The translations under genes were made by a program, and so were the position numbers. 64,000 nucleotides of DNA from an uncultured Methyloversatilis sp. Lineage in GTDB: Bacteria; Pseudomonadota; Gammaproteobacteria; Burkholderiales; Rhodocyclaceae. A model generated the notes under the pieces. That model was given only the letters and a program-made list of their open reading frames with translations, searched no databases and was not told where the DNA came from. The DNA lies in NCBI GenBank assembly GCA_964488825.1, contig CAZAWN010000001.1, forward strand, positions 1,818-65,817, read 5' to 3'. This document shows positions 1 through 10,171 of this stretch, one piece after another. The number at the start of each line of letters is the position of its first letter. Within the stretch, counting starts at the first letter, position 1.

Positions 1-818
1 GCGGTCCAATTGACGAGCCCGAATTGCCAGGTGGCGATCACGACGATGCCAAAGACGATGCGATACCAGGCGAAGATGGTGAAGTCGTGCGTCGAGATAT
101 ACCGCAGCAACCAGCGAACGCAAAGGAAGGCGGAGATGAACGCCGAGACGAAACCAACCACCCACATCCCCAGATCGTCCCAGCTCAGCAGATGCCGTTC
201 CTTGATGAGCTGATAGATGGTAGCCGCGCCAATGGTCGGTACGGCGAGGAAGAACGAAAATTCAGTGGCGGCCTTGCGGCTCAGGCCAAAGAACAGGCCG
301 CCGATGATCGTCGAACCCGAGCGCGAAGTGCCCGGAATCAACGCGCAGGCCTGCGCGAAACCCAGCTTGAGCGCATCCCAAGGCCCGATGTCGTCTACCT
401 CGTGGATGCGCACCGTATGCTGGCGCTTCTCGGCCCAGAGGATGACGAAAGCACCGAGGATGAAGGCGATGGCGACTGGAATCGGAGCAAACAGGGTAGC
501 CTTGATGGCCTTGCCGAACAGCAGGCCGAGCACCGCCAAGGGCATGAAGGCGATGGCCAGATTGACGACGAAGCGGCGCGCGACCGGATCACCCGGCAAA
601 CCAGCCAGCACCTTGCCGAAACGCTCGCGGTATTCCCACACCACGGCGAGGATCGCGCCGGACTGGATGACAATATCGAACAGTTTGGCGCGTTCGTCGT
701 TAAAGCCGAGCAAATCTCCCGCTAGAATCAGATGGCCCGTACTGGAAATTGGCAGGAATTCGGTGAGGCCTTCGACAACGCCGAGAACTAACGCCTGAAA
801 CAGCGGGTACAGATCCAT
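1..818 (-). CDS. uppP: Undecaprenyl-diphosphate phosphatase (3' end runs off the window)
   Basis: Not in the ORF track because the stop lies outside the window. Manual translation from ATG 818 gives [30 protein letters not shown] and later [10 protein letters not shown], the two BacA/UppP signature motifs. Confidence 0.95.
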   Translation of the reverse strand, partial: MDLYPLFQALVLGVVEGLTEFLPISSTGHLILAGDLLGFNDERAKLFDIVIQSGAILAVVWEYRERFGKVLAGLPGDPVARRFVVNLAIAFMPLAVLGLLFGKAIKATLFAPIPVAIAFILGAFVILWAEKRQHTVRIHEVDDIGPWDALKLGFAQACALIPGTSRSGSTIIGGLFFGLSRKAATEFSFFLAVPTIGAATIYQLIKERHLLSWDDLGMWVVGFVSAFISAFLCVRWLLRYISTHDFTIFAWYRIVFGIVVIATWQFGLVNWT

Positions 819-854
819 ATCAATTCGATGTCATTGCGGGCCGGCGAGTCTAAC

Positions 855-2066
855 ATGCTGAAAAAAATCTCCGTCGAGCAGGTCACGCTTGGGATGCATA
901 TCCAGGAGTTCTGCGGCTCGTGGATGGATCACCCGTTCTGGCGCGAGAACTTCGTGCTCAAAGACCCCGAAGATCTGCGCCAGATTCGCGGCTGTGGCAT
1001 CAAGGAACTCTGGATCGACGTCAAGAAGGGCTGCGATGTTGCCGGCGGCGCCACCAAGCAGGAAACCGAAGCCCAGGTCGATGCCGCGCTGGTCGAGATC
1101 GCCACCTCCAAGGAGCCACCACCACGCGTCTCGATGGCCGAGGAAGTCAAGCGCGCCGCCAAGATCTGCGCCAAAGGCAAGGAGTCGGTCGTCTCGATGT
1201 TCCAGGAAGCGCGCATGGGCAAGGCCATCGACCACGAAGCCGCCGGCGCGCTGGTCGAGGAAATTTCCGACTCGGTGATGCGCAACCCCGGCGCGCTGAT
1301 CAGCCTGGCACGGCTCAAGACAGCTGACGACTACACCTACATGCACTCGGTGGCGGTCTGCGCCCTGATGGTGGCTCTGGCGGGCCAGCTCGGCCTCGAC
1401 GAGAAGGCGACCCGCGCCGCCGGCATGGCCGGTCTGCTGCACGATCTCGGCAAGGCGCTGATGCCAATGGAGGTGCTCAACAAGCCCGGCAAGCTCACCG
1501 ACGCCGAATTCGCCATCATCAAGAGCCACCCGGTCGAGGGCCACCGCCTGCTCGTCGAAGGCGGCGGCGCCGACACGGTGTCTCTCGATGTCTGTCTGCA
1601 CCACCATGAGAAAGTTGACGGCAGCGGCTATCCCGACCACCTGAAAGACGAGGAAATCAGCCTGTTCGCCAAGATGGGCGCGGTCTGCGATGTGTACGAC
1701 GCGATCACCTCGAACCGCCCCTACAAGGAAGGCTGGGACCCGGCCGAGTCGATTCGCAAGATGACTGAATGGGCCAAGGGTCATTTCGACCCGCGCATCT
1801 TTCAGGCCTTCGTCAAAAGCATCGGCATCTACCCCACCGGCTCGCTGGTCAAGCTCGCTTCCGGCCGACTCGGCGTGGTCATCGAACAGTCGCCGAAATC
1901 CCTGCTCGCGCCGCAGGTCAAGGTGTTCTTCTCAACCAAGTCGAAGACCTATATTCCGCCCGAGCTCATCGACCTGTCCAAAGGCGGCGCGGAAAAAATC
2001 GTCGGCCGCGAAGATGCCGTCACCTGGGGCATCAAGGACGTCAACCGCTTCTGGGTGCAAGCCTGA
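855..2066 (+). CDS. HD-GYP c-di-GMP phosphodiesterase with N-terminal DUF3391-like domain
   Basis: HDLGK, HHHEKVDGSGYP and DVYDAITSNRPYK motifs intact; likely start ATG 855 (MLKKISVEQVTLGMHI). Confidence 0.9.
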   Translation: MLKKISVEQVTLGMHIQEFCGSWMDHPFWRENFVLKDPEDLRQIRGCGIKELWIDVKKGCDVAGGATKQETEAQVDAALVEIATSKEPPPRVSMAEEVKRAAKICAKGKESVVSMFQEARMGKAIDHEAAGALVEEISDSVMRNPGALISLARLKTADDYTYMHSVAVCALMVALAGQLGLDEKATRAAGMAGLLHDLGKALMPMEVLNKPGKLTDAEFAIIKSHPVEGHRLLVEGGGADTVSLDVCLHHHEKVDGSGYPDHLKDEEISLFAKMGAVCDVYDAITSNRPYKEGWDPAESIRKMTEWAKGHFDPRIFQAFVKSIGIYPTGSLVKLASGRLGVVIEQSPKSLLAPQVKVFFSTKSKTYIPPELIDLSKGGAEKIVGREDAVTWGIKDVNRFWVQA

Positions 2067-2072
2067 AATCGA

Positions 2073-4628
2073 TCAGGCTTTCTTCTTCGTCGACGCTCGT
2101 TTGACCGCCGGTTTTCCCGACGCAGTTGGCGCCGCAGTTGCCGTCCCGCCAGCGCCGACTTTTGCGTCGGTTTTCGCCTTGGCCGGCTTGGCGGCCCGCT
2201 GTTCGAACTCGAAGCCAACCTTGCCGTCGGCGCCGCGCACCAGATAGGCGGAAAACTTCTTGCGCGTGCGGTTGGAGACGAAGCCTTTCAACAGCGAGGT
2301 CTTGCCGGTGTCCAACAGCTTCTGCATCTCGGCCTTGGCGATTTCCTGTTGCAGGATCACCTTGCCGGAACGGAAATCGCAGCTTTTTGCCGCGCCGGTG
2401 GATTTCTCGCACACGTAGGCCATCGGCTGTTCGAAGACGCGGGCCTGGCATTTCGGACACGCACCGAGCGCTTCCTGTCCGCTGAAATCGACTTCCTCGG
2501 CAGCGTCCTCGTCGTTGCCGAAATCGAAGCCCGGCGCATGGTTTTCGTCGAGCTTGATGACGGCCGCGAAGGCGCGCCCCATCTTGCTGCGGAAGCCCTG
2601 CAACGGCCCGATCTGCCGGTCGCGCAGCAGGGTATCCATTTCCTCCGGTTCCCACTGGCGACTGGCGACGACTTTCCACAGCTTGTAGTCGCAGCGGTCG
2701 CACTTGAAGTGGCGGTAGGTCTCGTGGATCGCGCCGCCACATTTGGGGCAGGGGGTGTTGAGCGTACCGAAGTCGACGTCGGCAAACTCGCCGGTCTTGA
2801 TGCGCTCGACCATCTCCTGCGTCTGCTCGGTGATGTGCGTCATGAACTCCTCGCGCTTGAGGCGTCCATGCTCCATCTCGCGCAATTTCCATTCCCAGAG
2901 GCCGGTCAGTTCCGGCGAACGCATTTCGTCGACCTTGAGCTGCTCCAGCGCAAACAGAAGATTGAACGCCTTGGCCGTCGGTTGCAGTTCTCGGCCATTG
3001 CGATGCAGGTATTCTTCGGCGATCAAGCCCTCAATGGTCGCGGCGCGCGTCGCCGGGGTGCCGAGTCCGCGCTCCGACATCGCCTCGCGTAGTTCTTCGT
3101 CGTCCACGAACTTGCCCGCCCCTTCCATCGCCGACAGCAGCGTCGCTTCGTTGAAGCGCGGCGGCGGCTTGGTGGCATGGGCTTTCACTTCGACATCGTT
3201 GGCCCAGACCCGTTCGTTCTTTTGCAATAGCGGCAGGTTGGGGTTCTCGTCATCGGCTTGCGACTCCTTGCCATAGACGGTAAGCCAGCCGGGCGTGACC
3301 AAGACCTTGCCCTCGGTCTTGAACGGCTCTTTCTCGACCCGGGTTATACGCGTTGTGACGAGATATTCGGCGCTTGGATAGAAGATCGCGATGAAGCGCC
3401 TGACGACCAGGTCGTAGAGCTTTTGTTCGGGTTCTGACAAACTGCGTGGCGCGGCGCCCGTGGGGATGATGGCGAAGTGATCGCTTACCTTGGCGTTGTT
3501 GAAGATACGCTTGGTCGGATGCACCCAGCCGTTCTTCAGCACTGCGGCGGCGGCCGGATAGCCGCTTTCCGTCAGAGCCTGGAGCGTATCGCGGGCGGCC
3601 CCGAGCATGTCTTCGGGCAGGTAACGGCTGTCGGTACGCGGGTAGGTGAGCACCTTGTGACGCTCATACAGCGCCTGTGCCAGCGCCAGGGTATTGCGCG
3701 CCGAGAAGCCGAAGCGGCCGTTGGCCTCGCGCTGCAGGCTGGTCAAATCATAAAGCAGCGGGCAGGCTTCGGTCTTGGGCTTGGATTCCTCGCTGACCTC
3801 GCCGTGCTTGCCGAGACATTTCTGGCGCAGCGCCTCGGCGCGCGAAACCTCCCACAGCCGCTCGGCCCTGGCGTGATCGTCGTCGGATTTCTTGAATTTC
3901 TCGTCGAACCACTTGCCGCGATACGTGCCGGCGACCGCCTGGAATTCGGCCTCGACTTCCCAATAGTCGCGCGGCTGAAAGGCGCGGATGGTCTTCTCGC
4001 GCTCGACGAGGATTGCCAGCGTCGGCGTCTGCACGCGTCCGACAGTGGTTTTGTAGAAGCCGCCTTCTTGCGAGTTGAAGGCCGTCATGGCGCGCGTGCC
4101 GTTGATGCCGATCAGCCAGTCGGCCTCGGAACGGCAGCGGGCGGCGTCGGCCAGGGGCAGCATTTCCGCGTCGGTGCGCAACCGGGCGAAGCCGTCCTTG
4201 ATCGCCTGTGCGGTCATCGACTGCAGCCACAGGCGACGGATCGGTTTCGCGGTCTTTTCGCTCAGCGCATGCTGCACCACGTAGCGGAAGATCAGTTCGC
4301 CCTCGCGCCCCGCGTCACAGGCGTTCACCAGGCCGGTGACATCCTTGCGCTTGATCAGGCGGGTGAGAAGCTTCAGCCGGTCGGCGGTCTTGTCGATCGG
4401 GTTGAGGGTGAAGCGAGGCGGGATCACCGGCAGGTGGGTGAAGGTCCACTTGCCGCGCTTGACCTCGTATTCCTCGGGCACGGCCAGTTCGAGCAGATGG
4501 CCGATGGCCGAGCTCAGGACATAGTGCTCGCTCTCGAAATAATCGCCCTCTCGGGTAAATCCGCCCAACGCCCGGGCAATGTCCTGGGCGACGGAAGGCT
4601 TCTCGGCAATGATCAGTTGTTTACTCAT
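2073..4628 (-). CDS. topB: DNA topoisomerase III (type IA, betaproteobacterial type)
   Basis: TOPRIM IIAEKPSVA, NACDAGREGELIF, GRVQTPTL, catalytic LTYPRTDS, C-terminal CPKC zinc-ribbon repeats. Confidence 0.92.
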   Translation of the reverse strand: MSKQLIIAEKPSVAQDIARALGGFTREGDYFESEHYVLSSAIGHLLELAVPEEYEVKRGKWTFTHLPVIPPRFTLNPIDKTADRLKLLTRLIKRKDVTGLVNACDAGREGELIFRYVVQHALSEKTAKPIRRLWLQSMTAQAIKDGFARLRTDAEMLPLADAARCRSEADWLIGINGTRAMTAFNSQEGGFYKTTVGRVQTPTLAILVEREKTIRAFQPRDYWEVEAEFQAVAGTYRGKWFDEKFKKSDDDHARAERLWEVSRAEALRQKCLGKHGEVSEESKPKTEACPLLYDLTSLQREANGRFGFSARNTLALAQALYERHKVLTYPRTDSRYLPEDMLGAARDTLQALTESGYPAAAAVLKNGWVHPTKRIFNNAKVSDHFAIIPTGAAPRSLSEPEQKLYDLVVRRFIAIFYPSAEYLVTTRITRVEKEPFKTEGKVLVTPGWLTVYGKESQADDENPNLPLLQKNERVWANDVEVKAHATKPPPRFNEATLLSAMEGAGKFVDDEELREAMSERGLGTPATRAATIEGLIAEEYLHRNGRELQPTAKAFNLLFALEQLKVDEMRSPELTGLWEWKLREMEHGRLKREEFMTHITEQTQEMVERIKTGEFADVDFGTLNTPCPKCGGAIHETYRHFKCDRCDYKLWKVVASRQWEPEEMDTLLRDRQIGPLQGFRSKMGRAFAAVIKLDENHAPGFDFGNDEDAAEEVDFSGQEALGACPKCQARVFEQPMAYVCEKSTGAAKSCDFRSGKVILQQEIAKAEMQKLLDTGKTSLLKGFVSNRTRKKFSAYLVRGADGKVGFEFEQRAAKPAKAKTDAKVGAGGTATAAPTASGKPAVKRASTKKKA

Positions 4629-4673
4629 GGGGGGCGCATCATAAGCGCCCTTTTATCCGGCTGGCAAGTCGAA

Positions 4674-5768
4674 CTAGTTCAGGCGCTGATATCGACCACC
4701 CGGCAACTGGGCAATCCGGCCGTCCAGTTCGAGCGGCAAGAGGCGCGCCAGCAGATCGTCCACGGCCAGCCCGGTACGCTCCGCCAGGGTATCGAGATCG
4801 CAGGGATCGCGACCCAGCGCCACCAGCACCGGATCGGTTTCCGCTTCCGGCACCGGCGCCATACTGGCCACCGTGGCGGGGTTGACGATCTTTTCCCAGC
4901 GCAGTTCTTCGAGGATGTCGCGCGCCGTCTCGACCAGCTTGGCGCCCTGCTTGATCAGTGCATGGCAGCCCTTGGATTGGGGTGAGTGGATCGAGCCAGG
5001 GATGGCGAACACCTCGCGCCCGGCTTCGGCGGACAGTCGGGCGGTGATCAGCGAACCGCTTTGCTGTGCGGCTTCGACCACCAGACAGCCGCGCGCCAGT
5101 CCGGCGATGATGCGGTTACGGCGGGGGAAATTGTTGGCGATGGGTGGCGTGCCCAGCGCGAACTCGCTGACGATCACGCCCTGCTCGGCAATTTCGCGGG
5201 CGAGAAACTCATTACGCGCCGGATAGATGCGATCGCATCCGGTACCGACCACCGCAATGGTCGCAGCGGTTTCGCCCAGCGCCCCGCGATGGGCCGCCGC
5301 ATCGATGCCCGCGGCCAGGCCGCTGACGACGGTAAGTCCGGCGGCGGCAAGCGCCTGCGCGAAGGCGGCGGCGTTCGCTTCGCCCTGTTTGGTGGCATTG
5401 CGACTACCGACGATGGCGACGGCCGGCCGGTTCAGCAAAGCCACATTACCCTTGGCGTAGAGCAGCACGGGCGGGTCGGCGGCGCTCAGCAACGCTTGCG
5501 GATAGGCCGCATCGGCCAGCGTCAGGATATGGTTACCCGGCTGCGCGACCCACTCCAGCGCAGCGTCGATCTCCTTGCCGGCTGCGTGGCAGATAATCCG
5601 CTCGGCCAGCGCGTCGCCCATCACGCCGCGCACGGCGCCCAGCCCGGCGGTAAAAATCGCCACGGGCGTCCCAAAGGCTTTCAACAGGCGGCGCTGTCCC
5701 TCGCCGCCGAGGCCGGGAATCAGGGTCAGGCGCAACCAGTGCGCCAGATCCTCGGTTTCTGTCTCCAT
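4674..5768 (-). CDS. dprA: DNA-processing protein DprA
   Basis: AIVGSRNAT, SGLAAGIDAAAH, NFPRRNRIIAGL, SGSLITA; C-terminal winged helix. Start ATG 5768 or GTG 5771. Confidence 0.95.
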   Translation of the reverse strand: METETEDLAHWLRLTLIPGLGGEGQRRLLKAFGTPVAIFTAGLGAVRGVMGDALAERIICHAAGKEIDAALEWVAQPGNHILTLADAAYPQALLSAADPPVLLYAKGNVALLNRPAVAIVGSRNATKQGEANAAAFAQALAAAGLTVVSGLAAGIDAAAHRGALGETAATIAVVGTGCDRIYPARNEFLAREIAEQGVIVSEFALGTPPIANNFPRRNRIIAGLARGCLVVEAAQQSGSLITARLSAEAGREVFAIPGSIHSPQSKGCHALIKQGAKLVETARDILEELRWEKIVNPATVASMAPVPEAETDPVLVALGRDPCDLDTLAERTGLAVDDLLARLLPLELDGRIAQLPGGRYQRLN

Positions 5769-5776
5769 CACGCGAG

Positions 5777-6808
5777 TCAGGGCTTGCTTACCCGATCCCC
5801 TTCCAACACCGGCCGGTTCGCCTGGGCGACAAACCCGTAGGAAACGCGGTCGAAGACGCGAAACACGAAGAGCAGGCCGATGCGTTCGTCAGGCAGCACG
5901 TGAGTGGTCGGCTTGTTGTCTTCAAAACGGTTGGTCACGCTCGTGCCGGCGCGCAGAATCGACAGCACATGCCCGATCTCCAGACCATCCTGTTTGCCGC
6001 GCGACAGCGAAACAACCGAATGTGCGGCGGCCTCGCCGACGCCGCCGTAAATGGCGATGACGCGCCCGCTGATCTCCTGCGTCGGGGCGCGGGGCGCGTA
6101 ACTCAAGACCAGCGGACGATCCGCCGGAACGAGATAGTCGCCACGCCCGATTTCCTGTTTGACGCGGGTGATTTCCAGCGGCAACACATCGCCCGGGGCG
6201 CCCGCCGGACGCGCACTGCCGAGATAGATTGCCTCGATACCGAGAATTTCCTGGGTATCGGGGTCCTTGAGGGGTTTGCCGGGACGAAACACATCCCAGC
6301 GCTTGATCTGCGGATCGGCGTTATTCGTCGCGTAAATCATGTCGCCCGTCCCGGTGTACACGCGATTCTCTTGCGTGGCGACGATGCGCGGCGCCGTATC
6401 GAAGGCGCCGGCGTCGATCACCAGCGGCTGGGAGAGGAAGGGTTCGATGACATTCGCCGGAATGCTGGGAATTTCCTCCGACAGCTTTTCGCTACGCACC
6501 GCCGGACTGACTTTGACGAGATTACCGATTCTGAGCTGCGGCTGAGTGCCGCTACGATCGAGGATGAGCACCTGGCCAGGGTAGATGCGATGCGGATTTC
6601 TGACCTGTTCGGCGTTCATCTTCCAGAGTTCGGGCCAGCGGTAGGCATCCTTGAGAAACCTGGACGCGATGCCCCAAAGCGTGTCGCCGGCCACGACGAT
6701 ATGGCGTTCCGGCGCATCTTCGGCGAGTTCCAAAGGGCGGGTCGGACTGCCCTGGGCGAGAGCGGCAGTTGAAATACTCAAAATCAGGGCGAATATAATG
6801 CGGCGCAT
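5777..6808 (-). CDS. LysM peptidoglycan-binding protein (TsaP-like)
   Basis: Signal peptide; LysM HIVVAGDTLWGIA...NPHRIYPGQ; conserved position between dprA and def. Confidence 0.88.
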   Translation of the reverse strand: MRRIIFALILSISTAALAQGSPTRPLELAEDAPERHIVVAGDTLWGIASRFLKDAYRWPELWKMNAEQVRNPHRIYPGQVLILDRSGTQPQLRIGNLVKVSPAVRSEKLSEEIPSIPANVIEPFLSQPLVIDAGAFDTAPRIVATQENRVYTGTGDMIYATNNADPQIKRWDVFRPGKPLKDPDTQEILGIEAIYLGSARPAGAPGDVLPLEITRVKQEIGRGDYLVPADRPLVLSYAPRAPTQEISGRVIAIYGGVGEAAAHSVVSLSRGKQDGLEIGHVLSILRAGTSVTNRFEDNKPTTHVLPDERIGLLFVFRVFDRVSYGFVAQANRPVLEGDRVSKP

Positions 6809-6896
6809 AACTGGCTAACCTCCGTGGCTGACCTCCGGGTGATGCACGGATTCTGCCCGCAAATACCCCCAGCATCAACCCGCGAAAGGCATTTTC

Positions 6897-7400
6897 ATGG
6901 CGCTGTTGCCGCTCCTGCACTACCCCGACGAACGCCTCCATACCATCGCCAAGCCGGTAGAGACAGTGGATGCCGGCATCCGCACCTTGATTTCCGACAT
7001 GGCCGAGACGATGTACGCCGCCCCCGGCATCGGCCTCGCCGCCACGCAGGTCGACGTGCATAGGCGCGTTCTGGTGATCGACATCTCCGAGGATAAATCG
7101 CAGCTCAAGGCCTTTATCAACCCGGAAATTCTCTGGCGCGAAGGCGAATGCGCCGGCGAGGAGGGCTGCCTGTCGGTTCCCGGTATCTACGAAACGGTGA
7201 AGCGCAGCGAGCGCGTCAAGGTACGCGCCCTCGATACCGCAGGGAAAGCTTTCGAACTGGAAGCCGACGGTCTGCTGGCGGTCTGCCTGCAACATGAAAT
7301 CGACCATCTCGATGGCAAGGTTTTCGTTGAGTATCTCTCGCGTCTGAAGCTTTCCCGCATCAAGGCGAAGCTTGCCAAGCAAGCGCGCATAACGGTATAA
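6897..7400 (+). CDS. def: Peptide deformylase
   Basis: [16 protein letters not shown] and QHEIDHLDG motifs. Confidence 0.98.
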   Translation: MALLPLLHYPDERLHTIAKPVETVDAGIRTLISDMAETMYAAPGIGLAATQVDVHRRVLVIDISEDKSQLKAFINPEILWREGECAGEEGCLSVPGIYETVKRSERVKVRALDTAGKAFELEADGLLAVCLQHEIDHLDGKVFVEYLSRLKLSRIKAKLAKQARITV

Positions 7401-7428
7401 GCTGCCGGATTGTCCCACTCATCGACCC

Positions 7429-8346
7429 ATGAGAATTGCTTTCGCAGGTACGCCCGAATTCGCCGCCGTCGCGCTGCGCGCCCTGCTCGATGCAGGCTGC
7501 GAGGTCGCGCTCGTCCTGACCCAGCCCGACCGGCCTGCCGGACGCGGGCAAAAACTTGTCGCCAGCCCGGTCAAACAGGTCGCGCTGGCGCACGGCATAC
7601 CCGTGCATCAACCGGCACGCCTCAAAGACCCGGAAACTCATGCGCCGCTGGTCGAGGCGAGTGTCGACGTGCTGGTCGTCGTCGCGTATGGGCTGATCCT
7701 GCCGCAGGCGGTACTCGACATTCCCGGCCGCGGCTGCCTCAACATCCACGCCTCGCTGCTGCCGCGCTGGCGCGGTGCGGCGCCGATCCAGCGCGCCATC
7801 GAGGCGGGGGACGCACAAACCGGCGTGACCATCATGCGCATGGACGCCGGCCTCGACACCGGACCGATGCTGCTGGCCTACGCGCTGGAAATCGGCGCTG
7901 GCGAGACGGCAAGCACCCTGCACGACAAGCTGGCGCTGCTCGGCGGACGCCTGATCGTGCTGGCGCTGCGGCAGTTCGACGACCTGAAGCTTACGACACA
8001 GCCCGAAGAAGGCGTGACCTACGCGCGCAAGATCGAAAAGGCTGAAGCGGCGATCGACTGGACGCAGCCGGCCGCCGTCATCGAGCGGCGTCTGCGCGCC
8101 TTCGATCCGTTTCCCGGCTGTACCACCCGATTGGGCAGCGACACCCTCAAGGTCTGGCGTGCGGAATTGACTGAAGGCCAGGGGCGACCAGGAGAAATCC
8201 TCGCCCTGGCCCCCGCTGGCATCACCGTCGCCTGCGGAGCGGACGCCCTGCGGCTCGTCGCGCTGCAAAAACCCGGCGGGAGCCGTCTCGCCAGCGCCGA
8301 CTTTCTGCGCGGCCATCCCCTGTCGGTCGGTCAGACCCTCGCTTGA
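7429..8346 (+). CDS. fmt: Methionyl-tRNA formyltransferase
   Basis: [32 protein letters not shown]; follows def. Confidence 0.98.
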   Translation: MRIAFAGTPEFAAVALRALLDAGCEVALVLTQPDRPAGRGQKLVASPVKQVALAHGIPVHQPARLKDPETHAPLVEASVDVLVVVAYGLILPQAVLDIPGRGCLNIHASLLPRWRGAAPIQRAIEAGDAQTGVTIMRMDAGLDTGPMLLAYALEIGAGETASTLHDKLALLGGRLIVLALRQFDDLKLTTQPEEGVTYARKIEKAEAAIDWTQPAAVIERRLRAFDPFPGCTTRLGSDTLKVWRAELTEGQGRPGEILALAPAGITVACGADALRLVALQKPGGSRLASADFLRGHPLSVGQTLA

Positions 8347-9569
8347 ACGCGCCACCGCTTTCCCTTGTTCTCAAGACCGCTGCTCAAGCCGTCGCCGCCG
8401 TTCTCGGCGGGCGCACGCCGGACTCGCTGCTGGCGCAGCTCGATCCGCCGCTGCGTCCCGCGGTACTCGACCTGAGCTATTCGACCCTGCGCGACCATGG
8501 GCGCGGCGATTTCCTGCTCGGCCGCCTGCTAGCGAAACCGCTCAAGGACAAAACCGCGCATGCCTTGTTGCTGGTCTCCCTGATGCAACTCGAACGCCAG
8601 CCGGAAACGGCGCACACGCTGGTCAATCAAGCCGTCGCGGCAGCCGGTCAACCGTGGAAGGGTCTGACCAATGCCGTGCTGCGCAATTTCCAGCGGCGGC
8701 GCGACGAACTGCTGGCGGCCGCTGCTGCCGATCCGGTGGCGCACTGGCGTCATCCGCAGTGGTGGCTTGACACGCTGAAATCCGCCTGGCCCGAGCACTG
8801 GCAGTCCATCGCCCTCGCCGGCAACACACATCCTCCGATGTGCTTGCGCCCGAACACGCGGCGCCCGCCGGCCGAGCTCCTTCCCGGCAAAACGCTCGCC
8901 GGTGGCGCCTGGCTGCTCGATGCTCCCGTACCGGTCGAGCGCATCCCGGGATTTCGGGCGGGCTGCATTTCCGTGCAGGACTGGGGCGCGCAGCAAGCCG
9001 CCACGCTCCTTGACGCGCAGCCTGGACAACGCGTGCTCGACGCCTGCGCCGCGCCGGGCGGCAAGACGGCGCATCTGCTGGAACGGGCGGATCTGGAAAT
9101 GACCGCCCTGGAACTCGACCCGCAGCGCGCCCGGCGCATCGGCGAAAATCTGGCGCGCCTCGGCCTGCAGGCCGAAATCCGCGTCGGCGACGCCAGCCGG
9201 CCGCAGGACTGGTGGGACGCTCGTCCCTTCGACCGCATCCTCGCCGATGTACCCTGCTCCGCCTCGGGGGTGGCGCGACGTCATCCCGACAGCAAATGGT
9301 TGCGCCGCGCCGCCGATGTGGCGGGTTTCGCACAGACCCAGGCGCGTATTCTTGCTGCTTTGTGGCCGCTGCTGGCGCCAGGTGGCAAAATGCTTTACTG
9401 CACTTGTTCGGTATTCCCGGCGGAAAACGACGAGCAGGTGCGCGCCTTCGCGGCGCGACAGCCGGATGCGCGCCGCCTGCCCACAGGGGGTGCGGCTCCG
9501 GGATTTCAACTCTTTCCCACCCCGCTGCATGACGGCTTTTTTTACGCCCTGCTGGAAAAATCGCCTTGA
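8343..9569 (+). CDS. rsmB: 16S rRNA m5C967 methyltransferase
   Basis: [27 protein letters not shown]; TTG start overlaps the fmt stop. Confidence 0.93.
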   Translation: MNAPPLSLVLKTAAQAVAAVLGGRTPDSLLAQLDPPLRPAVLDLSYSTLRDHGRGDFLLGRLLAKPLKDKTAHALLLVSLMQLERQPETAHTLVNQAVAAAGQPWKGLTNAVLRNFQRRRDELLAAAAADPVAHWRHPQWWLDTLKSAWPEHWQSIALAGNTHPPMCLRPNTRRPPAELLPGKTLAGGAWLLDAPVPVERIPGFRAGCISVQDWGAQQAATLLDAQPGQRVLDACAAPGGKTAHLLERADLEMTALELDPQRARRIGENLARLGLQAEIRVGDASRPQDWWDARPFDRILADVPCSASGVARRHPDSKWLRRAADVAGFAQTQARILAALWPLLAPGGKMLYCTCSVFPAENDEQVRAFAARQPDARRLPTGGAAPGFQLFPTPLHDGFFYALLEKSP

Positions 9570-10116
9570 GCGCCTCGCTCTGCTGGCGTGCTGCTGGCTG
9601 TGGCTCGCCGCAGCCCAGGCCGGCAGCATCGAAGCGAGAAGCGCCGCTCTGATTCCCGACGAGCAGGGCTATGCGCTCAATGCCGAATTCGACATCCGCA
9701 TCGGCGCACGTCTGGAGGATGCCGTCGGCCGGGGCGTACCGCTGCACTTTCGCTTCGAAATCCTCATCAAGCGCAAGCGCTGGTACTGGGCCGACGAACA
9801 CGTCGTCGGTCGCGTGCTCGACTACCGTCTCAGTTACCAGGCGTTAACGCGCCAATACCGTCTGTCGCTAGGCAGTCTGCACCGCAACTTCGATACGCTC
9901 GACGAAGCCCTGCGGGCACTCGGCCGCATGGGTCGCCTGCATGTGGCGGATAGCACCACCCTGCCGCCCGGCGAACCCGTCACCGTGGCGGTGCGCCTGT
10001 CGCTCGATCACACCGAGCTGCCCAAACCGCTGCAGATCGATGCCCTCAGCGACCGCGAGTGGCGGGTCGAGGCAAAAACCCACAGCTGGCAGTTCGTTCC
10101 CTCGCCGGTTCAATAG
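9529..10116 (+). CDS. DUF4390 family periplasmic protein
   Basis: Signal peptide, RKRWYWADE, LPKPLQIDAL; conserved position between rsmB and the NtrY-like kinase. Start ATG 9529 overlaps the rsmB end. Confidence 0.82.
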   Translation: MTAFFTPCWKNRLERLALLACCWLWLAAAQAGSIEARSAALIPDEQGYALNAEFDIRIGARLEDAVGRGVPLHFRFEILIKRKRWYWADEHVVGRVLDYRLSYQALTRQYRLSLGSLHRNFDTLDEALRALGRMGRLHVADSTTLPPGEPVTVAVRLSLDHTELPKPLQIDALSDREWRVEAKTHSWQFVPSPVQ

Positions 10117-10171
10117 CGGTCCCCATGCGCAATCGCCCACTGGATCTGCCTGTAACGATGAAGAGGCCAGA

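Noticed and set aside
24-798. Long plus-strand ORFs (24-725, 217-798)
   Set aside because: Antisense shadows of uppP, which is encoded on the minus strand. The many other long overlapping ORFs in the track are likewise GC-rich shadow frames.
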